From positions 3,422,375 to 3,486,374 of the forward strand of contig CAWJLW010000006.1 in NCBI GenBank assembly GCA_963843795.1: a stretch of 64,000 nt of DNA. Direction: 5' to 3'. Below are positions 41,539-51,596 of this stretch, in pieces. Position 1 is the stretch's first letter. Every line of letters starts with the position of its first letter. The notes beneath the pieces are model-generated. The model was given only the letters and a program-made list of their open reading frames with translations, was not told where the DNA came from and did not search any database. The position numbers and the translations under genes were made by a program. This DNA is from an uncultured bacterium (GTDB lineage: Bacteria > Armatimonadota > Abditibacteriia > Abditibacteriales > Abditibacteriaceae).

Positions 41539-42663
41539 ATGTCATTGAATGAGATGAGTTTCAGTCCGGTTCGGATGCGTGGTAGTAGTGAAGAAAGCGC
41601 CATCGCACAAGCGTTAATGATCGTGGGCGCCACACGCGAGCAAGTGCAGATCGAAGTCGTTGAACAAGATGAAAAAGGTGTCACGGTGCGTGTCAGCCCG
41701 CGCCAAAGCACTTCCGAAAAAGAAGAAGCCGCAACCGAAGTCGCTGGCGATGACGCCAACGACGCCATTACCGGCGCAACCCAGGACGACGAAATTGCGC
41801 CCGATTTGAAAAACGAAACACCTTTGCCACAAAACGATAGCAGCGATTACGCTTCGAGTGCGGCGGGCGATTTGGACGCCACCATCAACCCCGAAACCAT
41901 CGCTGAAATCGCGACCGTAAGTGAAAGCGAAGATGAAGCAGATGAAAGCGCAGAGCCCGAATTGATGGAAGCGGAGTCGATGGATTCCGAAGCAACAGAA
42001 GCGCAAAGTGCAGTTTCGGCCAGCGCACCGGTGAGCGAAGAAGCGCGCGAACGAGCAGGCGCGATGGCGCGCGAGATGTTGGAGCGCATGGGACTGGATG
42101 CCAATGTCAGTGTGGCCGACGGCCCATTTTCCAGCTTGGAAGCGGGCGACGAAGATGCGCAGAGCCGGGTTTATTTGCAAGTCGAAGGCGAAGATGTTGG
42201 CATTTTAATCGGCAAACATGGAGCGACGCTGCAATCGTTTCAATATCTATTGAATTTGTCACTGAATAATGCCGTCCACAACGCGCGCGATAACGAAGAC
42301 GGCGAAGGCGAAGAAAACGCCGCAATGCTGCGCGTGGTCGTGGACGCGGGCGGCTATCGGGCCAAGCGCGCCGATATGTTGGAAAAATCGGCGCAAGATG
42401 GCGCTGAACGCGCGCGCCGCGACCGCCGCTCGATTCGCCTGGAACCGATGCCCGCGCACGAACGCCGTCTGGTTCATATGGCGCTGCGCGACGAAGTTGG
42501 TCTGGTCACGAGCAGCGAAGGCCGCGAGCCGTTGCGTCACGTCGTGATTTCGCCCGAAGGCATGCGCCCCGCATCGAATGAGCGCGGCAGTGGTCAAAGC
42601 TCGCGCAGCGGCAATCGTAGCGCGCGCAGCGGCGGTTATCGCGGCGGACGAGATCGGCGATAA
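41539..42663 (+). CDS. jag: RNA-binding protein Jag/EloR/KhpB
   Basis: Jag-N region, KH domain (GILIGKHGATLQSFQY), R3H (LEPMPAHERRLVH). Confidence 0.92.
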   Translation: MSLNEMSFSPVRMRGSSEESAIAQALMIVGATREQVQIEVVEQDEKGVTVRVSPRQSTSEKEEAATEVAGDDANDAITGATQDDEIAPDLKNETPLPQNDSSDYASSAAGDLDATINPETIAEIATVSESEDEADESAEPELMEAESMDSEATEAQSAVSASAPVSEEARERAGAMAREMLERMGLDANVSVADGPFSSLEAGDEDAQSRVYLQVEGEDVGILIGKHGATLQSFQYLLNLSLNNAVHNARDNEDGEGEENAAMLRVVVDAGGYRAKRADMLEKSAQDGAERARRDRRSIRLEPMPAHERRLVHMALRDEVGLVTSSEGREPLRHVVISPEGMRPASNERGSGQSSRSGNRSARSGGYRGGRDRR

Positions 42664-42696
42664 GTCGAAGCTGAAGTGGAAGTTTGGTGATGAGCG

Positions 42697-43104
42697 ATGA
42701 AACTTTTTGGTGGCACGGCTGAGAAAAAGGCGAAAAAACAAGCCACGCCATCGCGCCGCCAATGGCTGGCGTTGCGCCCGTTGCGCAATCCGCAATTAGA
42801 GTGGAGCGACGAAAACGATGCGGTGGTTTTGCACATCAAGCGCGTCAAAAATTGGAAGACGCAGATGCTAAATCTGCTGATTCCGATTCCCAGCGAACAC
42901 ACCGTCGAACTGGATAAAATCGGGACGGACGTGTGGCGTTTAATTGACGGCACGCGCAACATTGGCCAGATCGCGCGCGAGCTAGCCGAACAACACCAGA
43001 TCGAAAAACGCGAAGCCGAAGTTTCGCTGCAACAATTTTTCAAAGAATTGGGGCGACGCGGTTACATCGGCTTCGCTGTCGAATCCATTCCCGACGCGAA
43101 ATAA
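42697..43104 (+). CDS. PqqD-like (RiPP recognition element fold) protein
   Basis: VELDKIGTDVWRLIDGTRNIGQIARELAEQH...FFKELGRRGYI. Confidence 0.78.
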   Translation: MKLFGGTAEKKAKKQATPSRRQWLALRPLRNPQLEWSDENDAVVLHIKRVKNWKTQMLNLLIPIPSEHTVELDKIGTDVWRLIDGTRNIGQIARELAEQHQIEKREAEVSLQQFFKELGRRGYIGFAVESIPDAK

Positions 43105-43302
43105 AGCGCTGCAAGTACTTGCAGCGCGCTTTTGCAATTCATCATTTTATGCGCCACGTTGCAAAAACGTGATATTTGGGCATAATGAAGCGTCCAAGAA
43201 GCGTCTAAAGGCGCTGCAAGTACTTGCAGCAAGCCGCCAGTTGATAGATTTTGGGTTTTACGATTTAGCGTTGAGTTTTGGTTCAGGTTTTCAGGGAGAA
43301 TT

Positions 43303-43908
43303 ATGGCGACGATGAGTGCGGGGCCGGCAAAAATCGAGCGGCAGATTTCGCTGCCGTTCAATCAGGCGTTTAAAATTGCTTTACGCAATATCACGATTCG
43401 TCTGGGCCGCGCGATGATTACCGGTGCGGGCACGATGTTGGGCATCGCGTTCTTAATGAGCGTGTTCACGACGGCGATTCTGCAAACCGCTTCGGGAGAA
43501 GCCATCGAACTGGCGCAGCAGCAGAAAAACACCTGGTTGGTTGTGATGAGTTTGCTGGTATCGGTTGTCGGCATCACGAACTCGATGCTGATGAGCGTGA
43601 CTGAGCGCTACAAAGAAATCGGAACGATGAAATGTCTGGGCGCGCTGGACAACTTTATCGTGAAGCTGTTCTTGATCGAATCGGGGTTGCTGGGATTTTT
43701 CGGAGCGCTGTTCGGGGCTTTAATCGGCGGCGTGTTCATGTTGCTAACCAAAACCGCGTTGTTGGGTAGCGTGAATTGGCTCGATTGGATTGGCAAGCTG
43801 GTGATTTGCGTGATTATCGGCACCTTTATGAGCGTTATTGCAGCGGTTGGACCGGCGATGCGGGCGGCGAAAATGGCTCCGATTGATGCGATGCGCACCG
43901 AAGTATAA
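43303..43908 (+). CDS. FtsX-like ABC transporter permease (short)
   Basis: GITNSMLMSVTERYKEIGTMKCLGA...PAMRAAKMAPIDAMR. Confidence 0.9.
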   Translation: MATMSAGPAKIERQISLPFNQAFKIALRNITIRLGRAMITGAGTMLGIAFLMSVFTTAILQTASGEAIELAQQQKNTWLVVMSLLVSVVGITNSMLMSVTERYKEIGTMKCLGALDNFIVKLFLIESGLLGFFGALFGALIGGVFMLLTKTALLGSVNWLDWIGKLVICVIIGTFMSVIAAVGPAMRAAKMAPIDAMRTEV

Positions 43909-43951
43909 AATCTCAAATTGTTGGCTGTCAGAGAAAAAGTGAGGCAATAAA

Positions 43952-44743
43952 ATGGCAGAAGTGCTGGATAGAGTGGACGCAGATGAAGAAGCCGCCGTTG
44001 ATGATTATACCGGTCAGGAATATGTGGTGCGCGCGCGTGGCGTGAAGCGCATTTACGAAATCGGCGGGCAGCCGGTTCACGCGCTGCGCGGTGTCGATAT
44101 CGACATCAAGCGCGGCGAGTATATTTCGATCATGGGGCCGTCGGGTTCGGGCAAATCGACACTTTTCAACATGATTGGCGGCTTGGATAAGCCGACTGAT
44201 GGTACAGTTTTCATCGACGAAGTTGACCTCGCGCAGCTGGATGCGTTTGAACTGGCGTGGCTGCGTTGTCGCAAAATCGGCTACATCTTCCAGACTTTCA
44301 ACTTGATTCCCGTCATGACAGCATGGGAAAACATTACTCTGCCAATGATTTTCGCCGGAGCGAGCCTTGATGAGCAGATGGAAAAAGGTAAGAAGCTGCT
44401 CGAAATGGTCGAACTCGGCCATCGCATGAACAACAAACCAAGCGAGCTTTCCGGTGGTCAGCAACAGCGCGTGGCGATTGCGCGCAGCTTGGCCAACGAT
44501 CCGGCGATCATTCTGGCCGACGAACCAACCGGAAACTTAGATCAGAAAACCGGTAAGTCGATTATCGAACTGTTGAAGCGTTTGAACAAAGAATCGGGCG
44601 TGACAATTATCACTGCGACGCACGACGACAAAATGCTCGATGTATCGGATCGTATCGTTTGGGTGGCCGATGGCGCCATTGAGAAAGTGCGCCGTCGTGA
44701 TCAGGTCGATATCAACGTCGGCACTATCGGCGGCGTGCATTGA
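43952..44743 (+). CDS. ABC transporter ATP-binding protein (LolD/MacB-like)
   Basis: GPSGSGKST, LSGGQQQR, ILADEPTGNLD, ATHD. Confidence 0.94.
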   Translation: MAEVLDRVDADEEAAVDDYTGQEYVVRARGVKRIYEIGGQPVHALRGVDIDIKRGEYISIMGPSGSGKSTLFNMIGGLDKPTDGTVFIDEVDLAQLDAFELAWLRCRKIGYIFQTFNLIPVMTAWENITLPMIFAGASLDEQMEKGKKLLEMVELGHRMNNKPSELSGGQQQRVAIARSLANDPAIILADEPTGNLDQKTGKSIIELLKRLNKESGVTIITATHDDKMLDVSDRIVWVADGAIEKVRRRDQVDINVGTIGGVH

Positions 44744-44748
44744 ATTCG

Positions 44749-44782
44749 AAAAAACGCCTGCAAGTACTTGCAGGCGTTTTTT
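44749..44782 (+). terminator. 34-bp palindromic terminator with GCAAGTACTTGC core
   Basis: AAAAAACGCCT-GCAAGTACTTGC-AGGCGTTTTTT, 5 bp after the stop codon. Confidence 0.8.
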
Positions 44783-44855
44783 ATTGGTTTTGCCCGCGCG
44801 ACGCATTTTCGGTATGCTTTAGCTTGGTAACACACGAAAGCGAAGGCGAATCATT

Positions 44856-45596
44856 ATGAGTCAAGAAATGGAAACCGCAGCACAAAATATCGAAACCCGA
44901 TTGGGCGATTGGGCGATGCCATGCGACGATAACGATAACGGCCAACCCAAAGTTTCTTTGGGCTTGCTGCTGGTAATTTCGGGGCCGTCGGGCGTCGGCA
45001 AAGATACGGTGTGGCAAACAGCCGCGCCGATGCTGCCCTCGTTTTGCAAAGCCATCACCTGCACCACACGCGCCCAGCGCGAACACGAAGTCGAAGGCGT
45101 CGATTATTATTTCGTTTCCGATGAGGAATTCGACCGCCTGATTCGCGAAGACCAATTATTGGAATGGGCCGAAGTTCACGGCAATCGCTATGGCGTGCCC
45201 GCCGTACCAGTTCTGGAACGCTTGAACGATGGTCATGACGTAGTCTGCGTGATTGATGTCCAAGGCGCGATTGCCGTGCGCGGGCGCTGGCCCATGTCGC
45301 TGTTAATTTTCCTACGCCCGCCCAGCGACGAAAGCAATACCGAAGCCCAAACTCTCGCACACCGTCTGCGACAGCGCGCGCCATTGGACGAAGCCGAACT
45401 AAAACTGCGTTTGAAAACTGCTGCATGGGAACTGGCGCAAACCCAGTTATACGATCACGCGATTGTCAATGAAAAAGTTGAAGACACCGCGCGCGAACTG
45501 AGCGAAATTGTGCTGCGCGAAAAGAAACGCTGGACACGGACCCATCAAGCCGGTCAAAACGGCGGCGTCTCCGAAGAGTCCATTTCGGACGAATAA
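44856..45596 (+). CDS. gmk: Guanylate kinase
   Basis: SGPSGVGKDT, TTRAQREHEVEGVDYYF, LEWAEVHGNRYG, IDVQGA. Confidence 0.94.
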   Translation: MSQEMETAAQNIETRLGDWAMPCDDNDNGQPKVSLGLLLVISGPSGVGKDTVWQTAAPMLPSFCKAITCTTRAQREHEVEGVDYYFVSDEEFDRLIREDQLLEWAEVHGNRYGVPAVPVLERLNDGHDVVCVIDVQGAIAVRGRWPMSLLIFLRPPSDESNTEAQTLAHRLRQRAPLDEAELKLRLKTAAWELAQTQLYDHAIVNEKVEDTARELSEIVLREKKRWTRTHQAGQNGGVSEESISDE

Positions 45597-45615
45597 ACCG
45601 AGCTTCCAACTTTCT

Positions 45616-45648
45616 AACCCGCCTGCTTTCGAGGCGGGTTTTGTTTTT
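45616..45648 (+). terminator. Intrinsic terminator-like hairpin after gmk
   Basis: AACCCGCCT-gctttcg-AGGCGGGTT followed by a T-rich tract. Confidence 0.6.
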
Positions 45649-45666
45649 GCTTTACGAGATTTTAGG

Positions 45667-46875
45667 ATGCAAAATAAAACCATCGTACTGGGCATTTGCG
45701 GCGGCATTGCGGCTTACAAAAGCTGCGATCTGGCTTCAAAACTCACTCAGCTCGGTGCGCGCGTGCAAGTCGTGATGAGCGCCAATGCCTCGCGCTTTGT
45801 GACGCCGCTCACTTTTCAAGCCCTGACTCAGCAGCCAGTTCACACTTCTCTGTGGCCCGAAAACTACGACGCAGGCGGCGTGGCCGCAGCAATGGCACAC
45901 ATTACTCTGGCCACTGAAGCCAATGCCATCCTCGTCGCGCCCGCTTCGGCCAATTGCCTGGCGCGCTTGGCGCACGGCTTGGCCGACGACCTTTTATCGA
46001 CTTTAATTCTGGCCACGCGCGCGCCGGTCTTGCTTGCGCCCGCGATGAATCCCGCAATGCTGTCGCATCCGGCCACGCAAAACAACCTGCAAGTACTTGC
46101 GGGTCTGAATTATCAAATTATCGAACCCGAAAGCGGTCGCATGGCGTGCGAACACGTTGGTCAGGGCCGTTTGCCAACGACTGAAGTTTTAATCTCGCAT
46201 CTCGAACGCGTTTTGTTCCCCACGCGCGACATGGAAAATCTGCGCGTTATAGTGACGGCTGGCCCGACGCGCGAAATGCTCGATCCGGTGCGCTACATTT
46301 CCAACCGCAGTTCGGGCCGCATGGGCTACTCCATCGCCGCCAACTGCGCGCAACGTGGCGCAAAAGTCACGCTGATTTCCGGCCCGACTGCGCTGCCCTG
46401 CCCACGAAATGTCACGCGAATTGATGTCATCAGCGCGCAAGAAATGCAGAGCGCTGTCGAAGCCAATTTCGCCCATTGCGATATTTTCATCGGCGCCGCC
46501 GCGCCTGCCGATTACCGCGCTAGCGAAATTTCTGATCAGAAAATCAAGAAATCGGGCGACGAAAAATTGCAGTTAAATTTAGTCGCTAATCCCGACATCA
46601 TCGGCGCAATCGGCGCGCGCAAACGCGACAATCAAATCGTCATCGGCTTCGCAGCTGAAACCCAAAATCTCATCGAAAACGCGCAAAATAAACTGCGCGC
46701 GAAAAACTTAGACGCCATCATCGCCAACGACGTGACACAAAGCGACGCAGGCTTCGATGTGGACACCAATCGCGTGACCTGGATTACTGCGAATGATGCG
46801 CACGAATGGCCGCTGCTGAGCAAAGATGAAGTGGCGCAACGCATCGGCGATGAAATTTTGCGATTGCGCACGTAA
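45667..46875 (+). CDS. coaBC: Phosphopantothenoylcysteine decarboxylase/ligase CoaBC
   Basis: GGIAAYK, APAMN, TAGPTRE, DPVRYISNRSSGRMG, GFAAET. Start trimmed to ATG 45667. Confidence 0.95.
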   Translation: MQNKTIVLGICGGIAAYKSCDLASKLTQLGARVQVVMSANASRFVTPLTFQALTQQPVHTSLWPENYDAGGVAAAMAHITLATEANAILVAPASANCLARLAHGLADDLLSTLILATRAPVLLAPAMNPAMLSHPATQNNLQVLAGLNYQIIEPESGRMACEHVGQGRLPTTEVLISHLERVLFPTRDMENLRVIVTAGPTREMLDPVRYISNRSSGRMGYSIAANCAQRGAKVTLISGPTALPCPRNVTRIDVISAQEMQSAVEANFAHCDIFIGAAAPADYRASEISDQKIKKSGDEKLQLNLVANPDIIGAIGARKRDNQIVIGFAAETQNLIENAQNKLRAKNLDAIIANDVTQSDAGFDVDTNRVTWITANDAHEWPLLSKDEVAQRIGDEILRLRT

Positions 46876-46893
46876 AATACAAAAATTTGAGCT

Positions 46894-47325
46894 ATGGGAT
46901 TTTATTTGAGTCGCGGGGAAGAAGTCGAAAAACGATATGGAATAAGTCGCTGGCCAGCTATGATTAATCTGGCTCGTGCTTTTGGATGGGAGTCTGCAGG
47001 AACAATTTTAGATGATGAATCGGGCGTTACTCCGATTGGCAAATGGTCGGGCAGTTACGAAGACATGGCTTACCAATTAGTTACCGCCCAAGATGCCAAC
47101 AATCTGGCAGATGCAATCGAGCGCGCTCTGGCTTACTTTCCGCGTCAAGACCAAGAACGGACATTGGCGTATCAGGTCAAAACCAATTGGTGGCGACCAC
47201 CAAACGAATACGAAAACAAGGCACTGCGCTGGTTTTTCAAAGAACCTGAAGCGATTGAGCCAGAAGAAAAAAGCCTTGCGGATTTCGTCGATTATTGTAG
47301 GAAAGGCGCATTCAGAATTTTCTGA
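46894..47325 (+). CDS. Hypothetical protein
   Basis: 143-aa ORF directly after coaBC, more AT-rich than its neighbours; no motif recognised. Confidence 0.65.
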   Translation: MGFYLSRGEEVEKRYGISRWPAMINLARAFGWESAGTILDDESGVTPIGKWSGSYEDMAYQLVTAQDANNLADAIERALAYFPRQDQERTLAYQVKTNWWRPPNEYENKALRWFFKEPEAIEPEEKSLADFVDYCRKGAFRIF

Positions 47326-47407
47326 CGATGCGCAAAAGACGCTGCAAGTACTTGCAGCGTCTTTTGACCAACAAGCAGTTTCTTGCAGGAACAGACAAAA
47401 TCCAATC

Positions 47408-48112
47408 GTGATTTCACAGCAACCTCCAACAGAAAGTAGAGAAATCAAAAGCTTCGATTGGCTTTGGTTCGGCGCTTGGTGGGTTACGGTTTTGTGCGAA
47501 TTCTTTTACGTTTCAGCTATTCTCTGTCAGCGAAACAATCTGTTTCAATCGGGCAATGCGGGATTTGGCGATTTCTTTCTCGTGGCTTTTCTGAGCCCGA
47601 TTTTCTTTTCTCTCGCGCCGCGACATAATTGGATTCCGCAGAAACGCTCGGTATCCGAAATTTTGAAACGAAATGGAGCTTGTTATCTGCTTCAATTTTT
47701 TCTCGTGCTGCATTGGGAATATTTGGGCGATGCGCTGGGCGCGCAGTTTTCATTGACGTCCAGCGATCTTGGGGCGCTGGATTCGCGTTCTCAATTGGCG
47801 CTATTGGTTATCATCGCGCTGATTGGCGGGCTTCTGATGTTTCACTTGATTTGGGCGCATCGCGAGAAAATCTTTTTGCCTTATCTCGTCGCGCTTTGTG
47901 GCGTGCCTTTAATAGTGGGAATCATCAGCTTTTTGCTGGGCAAAAGTTATTATCTGCACGTTCATCACTACTGTTTGGGCGCGTATCTCTTTCCGTTTTT
48001 CCGGTTTCGCAATAAGATTTCACTGATTGCGCAGGCGATATTTCTAGGCCTCATAGTTGAAGGCATCAGTCGTTGGGGCGCAGACCCGTTATGGATTTCA
48101 GCGCTATCGTAA
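47408..48112 (+). CDS. Hypothetical multi-pass membrane protein
   Basis: Several hydrophobic helices and an HVHHY motif. Start estimated at GTG 47408. Confidence 0.65.
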   Translation: MISQQPPTESREIKSFDWLWFGAWWVTVLCEFFYVSAILCQRNNLFQSGNAGFGDFFLVAFLSPIFFSLAPRHNWIPQKRSVSEILKRNGACYLLQFFLVLHWEYLGDALGAQFSLTSSDLGALDSRSQLALLVIIALIGGLLMFHLIWAHREKIFLPYLVALCGVPLIVGIISFLLGKSYYLHVHHYCLGAYLFPFFRFRNKISLIAQAIFLGLIVEGISRWGADPLWISALS

Positions 48113-48171
48113 AAAGCAATAAATTGTTGCTGCAAGTACTTGCAGCAGCACTTTATTGCTGATTTATCGGC

Positions 48172-49296
48172 TTACAATCCGGCGATAATTTGCTCCATGA
48201 CGGTGGGCGGTGGCGAAGGGATGACGCTTTGAATTTTAGAAGCGATGCCCGGCCAATTCTTTTTGGAATCGCTGTTAAGAGCTAAATTTCCGCTGCGGAA
48301 GCCATGTTTTTCCCACGCGATACGTTGAAACTCTGCGTCGTTTTTCAACGCGTTTAAAAGGCGCACGCCGTTTTCGGTGAGCGCGATGAGCGGATGCGCG
48401 CTCCACGAAGTCGGGCGCGGATAAAGAATGCGCACTTGTTGATTCAAAGTCGCGCGCGACTGTTCGTGGGCGATGCCGAATTCGATCAGTTGGTTTTCGT
48501 AACCGACCATCAGCGGATAAGCGCCTTCGCCCATTTGTAGAAACTGCTCGAACAAATTGCCCGAACCAGTTTGCAAGTAGCCCAAACGCCGAAAAAATGT
48601 CTTTAAGGTTGGCTGCACCTGCTTGGCCGATTGCGCATCGACCACTTCGCCTTTGTTGAGCACATTGGCCAAAAGTCCGGCGAACATCAGGCCGGAATTG
48701 CTTTTTTTCGGGTCGGTCGAATGCACCGCAATCGGGCCGTAAAACTGGGGAAGGCCAATGTCTTTCCACTTTTTGTCCTGCGCCATCAGCTCGACTAATT
48801 TGGGAAATTCTACGATGAAATACGAGCCATCAATGCGCTTGACGATACCTTGTTCGATCAAAGCCTCGGTGGTGTCGGCCCACGAATAGAGCACTAAGGG
48901 CGAATTGAAAATCACATCGGCCTTGCGAAAAGGCGCTTTTTTCTCTTTAAAAATTTCCAGAGCGATTTCGCTGGATGGCCACAGAAAATCTAAGCCTGCT
49001 GGTACATTTTTGACCATTTCAATCGAACCGACGCGCTTGGAATCTATGCTCAATCCGTATTTGTCGCGCAGAATTCGCTGCACGTCTTCGTCTTCCAAGA
49101 AGCCACTTTTTTCGCTGCCGATTTGTCCTTTCACCGTGATTTGCGCGGGCGACGCGGCGGGTTTGCCTTGTGGCATTTGCGCCACCGGCTCTGGAGGAAT
49201 TGGTTGCTGCGATTTGGGCAGCGTTCGCCAGACGCCAATGGCAATTCCCACCGCGATAATCAGTAAGGCCAATTTGCCGATACCGGTAATTTTCAT
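48172..49296 (-). CDS. Substrate-binding-like protein associated with a vWA protein
   Basis: N-terminal anchor, IGSEK, STDPKKSNSG, VGYENQL; resembles the N-terminal domain of the adjacent gene. Confidence 0.75.
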   Translation of the reverse strand: MKITGIGKLALLIIAVGIAIGVWRTLPKSQQPIPPEPVAQMPQGKPAASPAQITVKGQIGSEKSGFLEDEDVQRILRDKYGLSIDSKRVGSIEMVKNVPAGLDFLWPSSEIALEIFKEKKAPFRKADVIFNSPLVLYSWADTTEALIEQGIVKRIDGSYFIVEFPKLVELMAQDKKWKDIGLPQFYGPIAVHSTDPKKSNSGLMFAGLLANVLNKGEVVDAQSAKQVQPTLKTFFRRLGYLQTGSGNLFEQFLQMGEGAYPLMVGYENQLIEFGIAHEQSRATLNQQVRILYPRPTSWSAHPLIALTENGVRLLNALKNDAEFQRIAWEKHGFRSGNLALNSDSKKNWPGIASKIQSVIPSPPPTVMEQIIAGL

Positions 49297-49308
49297 GATT
49301 TTCTCGCT

Positions 49309-50967
49309 TTAGTTGTAGCCTTTGACTTCGCGGAAGGTTTTCACCAAATCTTTGCGCCCATCGAAAATTTTGCCCGAGGTCATTTGCGTTAATTTTTGCA
49401 TCTGGCGTTCGCTGGCCGAGCCAAACAACACCGCATTCACGGGAAATTCGACTTGCTGCCGACTGGTTTCCAAAGCTCTCCTGACTTCTTCCAAGCGACC
49501 GATGTTGCTTTGGCCATCGGTCATGAGCACAATCGAAGGAAAATAGTTTTCCAGATTTGGCTCCGCGTCCATAATCGCGATGGCGCGGGCGGTTGGCAAA
49601 TAAATATTGGTACCGCCATTGGGCACCATCGCGATGACTTTGGCCACCAAATCTTCCAATTGCCCGCTTTGGTTGCCGCGCACTTTCCATTCGTCGATTA
49701 TCTTCTGATTGAAGGGAATAATGACATTTACATCGGCGGGCGTGGCTTGCAGCAAGTACTTTTTGGCTTCGGAAGGTTTCAGCAACATGCGCATCGCCGA
49801 TTTCAACTGCTCGACGCCCTGTCCTTCCATGCTACCCGAAAAATCGACGCAATAAACCGTGAAAGAGGGCTTGCGAAAAGCGGTTTGATAAAGCTCCAAA
49901 GCTTCGCGCACCGCTGCGGGTTCGGGAAACCGAATCGGCGTCAAATTCTTTTTGACATCAATTCCCCATTCGGGATTGAAAACTGCGGGGTCGGCATCGG
50001 ACATCGTTAAGCCGACCGAACCCGTGCGACAGCCCTGCGCGGTAATCTGTTTTTGCGCTTCAGCGCCTAACAGAAAGGTTTGGAGTTCTTCAAAAAAGGA
50101 CGCTTTGGCGCTGTCGTTCGAATCGATGAAACCCAGCGGCGAATCGGCGACGGCCAAGCCATCTTTGGGATAAACGATATACAGCGGCTCTTTGCCCTGC
50201 GCGGCTAATTGCTGGTTCAAAGCGATGACGAGGGATTCGTAATTCACCATCGCGTCGTAATTTTCGTACTTCTCAGCGAACAAATCTTTGAGCCAGCCCG
50301 AACTGCCGGACGTGCGATTAACCGCGCCCAGAATGCGCTTAATTTTGGCGCGCACATCCGAATTTTCCAATTGAGCAGATGTCAGCATATCGGGCGCTCC
50401 GGCAAAGGCGTAAAGATAACCGAGATAAGCGCACGCACCGCTGTTCGATTGCGTGGCGCTCGTCATCATAAAGCGCAGCTTTCCGCTTTCCGAAGCCTGT
50501 AAAATCTGATTGACCGAAACCGGCTTGCCCACCCATCCCAAACTTTGCGCGACCGATTTTTTGACGCCCATCACAACCGGCGTGCGATAAATGCTCTGGC
50601 GCTTGACGACTTTCTTTTGGCTATCGCCCAAATCAAGCCACAGCGAACTGGCGGGCCAAACCGCATCGGCGGGCAACGTGCCATCTTCCAAACCGCGCAT
50701 CATATCGACCGAACCTTGATAGGTCATCAGCAATTTGACGCCTTTGGCAGCGGCAATTTTTGTTACTAATGGCTCGAATTCTTTGTTTTCCGAACCCGAC
50801 ACCAAGCGAAATTCTCTGAGCGGCAGAGAAGTCGGATTTTGCGCAACAGAGGTTGAAGCAGTCGTATCGGCGGACTTGGTATCAGGCGAGGAACAGCCCA
50901 CGACGACCAGGCAAGCGCCCAAAACTAACAGCGAGGTTAGACAAAATGACCAGTTTTTCTTGTGCAT
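49309..50967 (-). CDS. Solute-binding domain plus vWA domain lipoprotein
   Basis: Lipobox VVGC, SGSENK, TQSNSG, MIDAS motifs DFSGSM, GGTNIY, MTDG. Confidence 0.87.
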   Translation of the reverse strand: MHKKNWSFCLTSLLVLGACLVVVGCSSPDTKSADTTASTSVAQNPTSLPLREFRLVSGSENKEFEPLVTKIAAAKGVKLLMTYQGSVDMMRGLEDGTLPADAVWPASSLWLDLGDSQKKVVKRQSIYRTPVVMGVKKSVAQSLGWVGKPVSVNQILQASESGKLRFMMTSATQSNSGACAYLGYLYAFAGAPDMLTSAQLENSDVRAKIKRILGAVNRTSGSSGWLKDLFAEKYENYDAMVNYESLVIALNQQLAAQGKEPLYIVYPKDGLAVADSPLGFIDSNDSAKASFFEELQTFLLGAEAQKQITAQGCRTGSVGLTMSDADPAVFNPEWGIDVKKNLTPIRFPEPAAVREALELYQTAFRKPSFTVYCVDFSGSMEGQGVEQLKSAMRMLLKPSEAKKYLLQATPADVNVIIPFNQKIIDEWKVRGNQSGQLEDLVAKVIAMVPNGGTNIYLPTARAIAIMDAEPNLENYFPSIVLMTDGQSNIGRLEEVRRALETSRQQVEFPVNAVLFGSASERQMQKLTQMTSGKIFDGRKDLVKTFREVKGYN

Positions 50968-51003
50968 AGTTTTTCACTCTGCACTGATTGTGGCTGATTA
51001 TGC

Positions 51004-51576
51004 TCAAATTGTCCATTGATCGTGTGCCAAACCTGACAAAAACCATTTGGTTCCAATCGGTTGCCAGACCAGCCACAGCGACGACCAGTTGTAATACGTA
51101 TCGCCGCTATCGGCCCAATAATATTCAACAAAAATACCGTTGGGATAGCGTTGACGCAGGTTATTGATGGTGTTGCCACGATTTTCGATTCGGTTGAAAC
51201 GCGGGCGCACATTTTGAAATTCGCGGTCGTAAACGAATTTAGCGAAATAATCTTTCCATTTAAGGTAAATCGAGTCGCCGCGCCCGTCGTAGCGGCCCCA
51301 CATGAAAATTTGCTGAAAATTAGGGTGGCGCACATCATCGCGATTCCATTGCGGGCCGTAATCGGAAACGTTGATGTAGGGCGAAGTTTGCAGACCGCGA
51401 ACCGGATCGACAAAGCTCGCCAATTTGGGCCAGTCGGAATTTTTCAGGGCGGTAAGTACTTGCCACGAACTTTCGCCGACAATGGTTTCGGCCCGCGCCG
51501 AACTAATTTCGGCGCGCGCGGTCGAACCAATGCACAAACAGCACGCGACCAAGAACAGGAACGAGAATTTCTTCAT
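51004..51576 (-). CDS. Secreted hypothetical protein
   Basis: Signal peptide MKKFSFLFLVACCLCIGSTARA; ends HDQWTI. Start trimmed to ATG 51576. Confidence 0.75.
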   Translation of the reverse strand: MKKFSFLFLVACCLCIGSTARAEISSARAETIVGESSWQVLTALKNSDWPKLASFVDPVRGLQTSPYINVSDYGPQWNRDDVRHPNFQQIFMWGRYDGRGDSIYLKWKDYFAKFVYDREFQNVRPRFNRIENRGNTINNLRQRYPNGIFVEYYWADSGDTYYNWSSLWLVWQPIGTKWFLSGLAHDQWTI

Positions 51577-51596
51577 AATTTTGCACAGCGCCCCAT

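Noticed and set aside
5716..49763. Partial matches at 5716, 23928 and 49752
   Set aside because: Only 9-10 matching bases inside CDS; could arise from ordinary codons, so not counted.
48172..50967. vWA plus solute-binding pair as a novel defence system
   Set aside because: This is a recurring pair usually seen with toxic-anion-resistance genes; no effector or other supporting gene is visible here.
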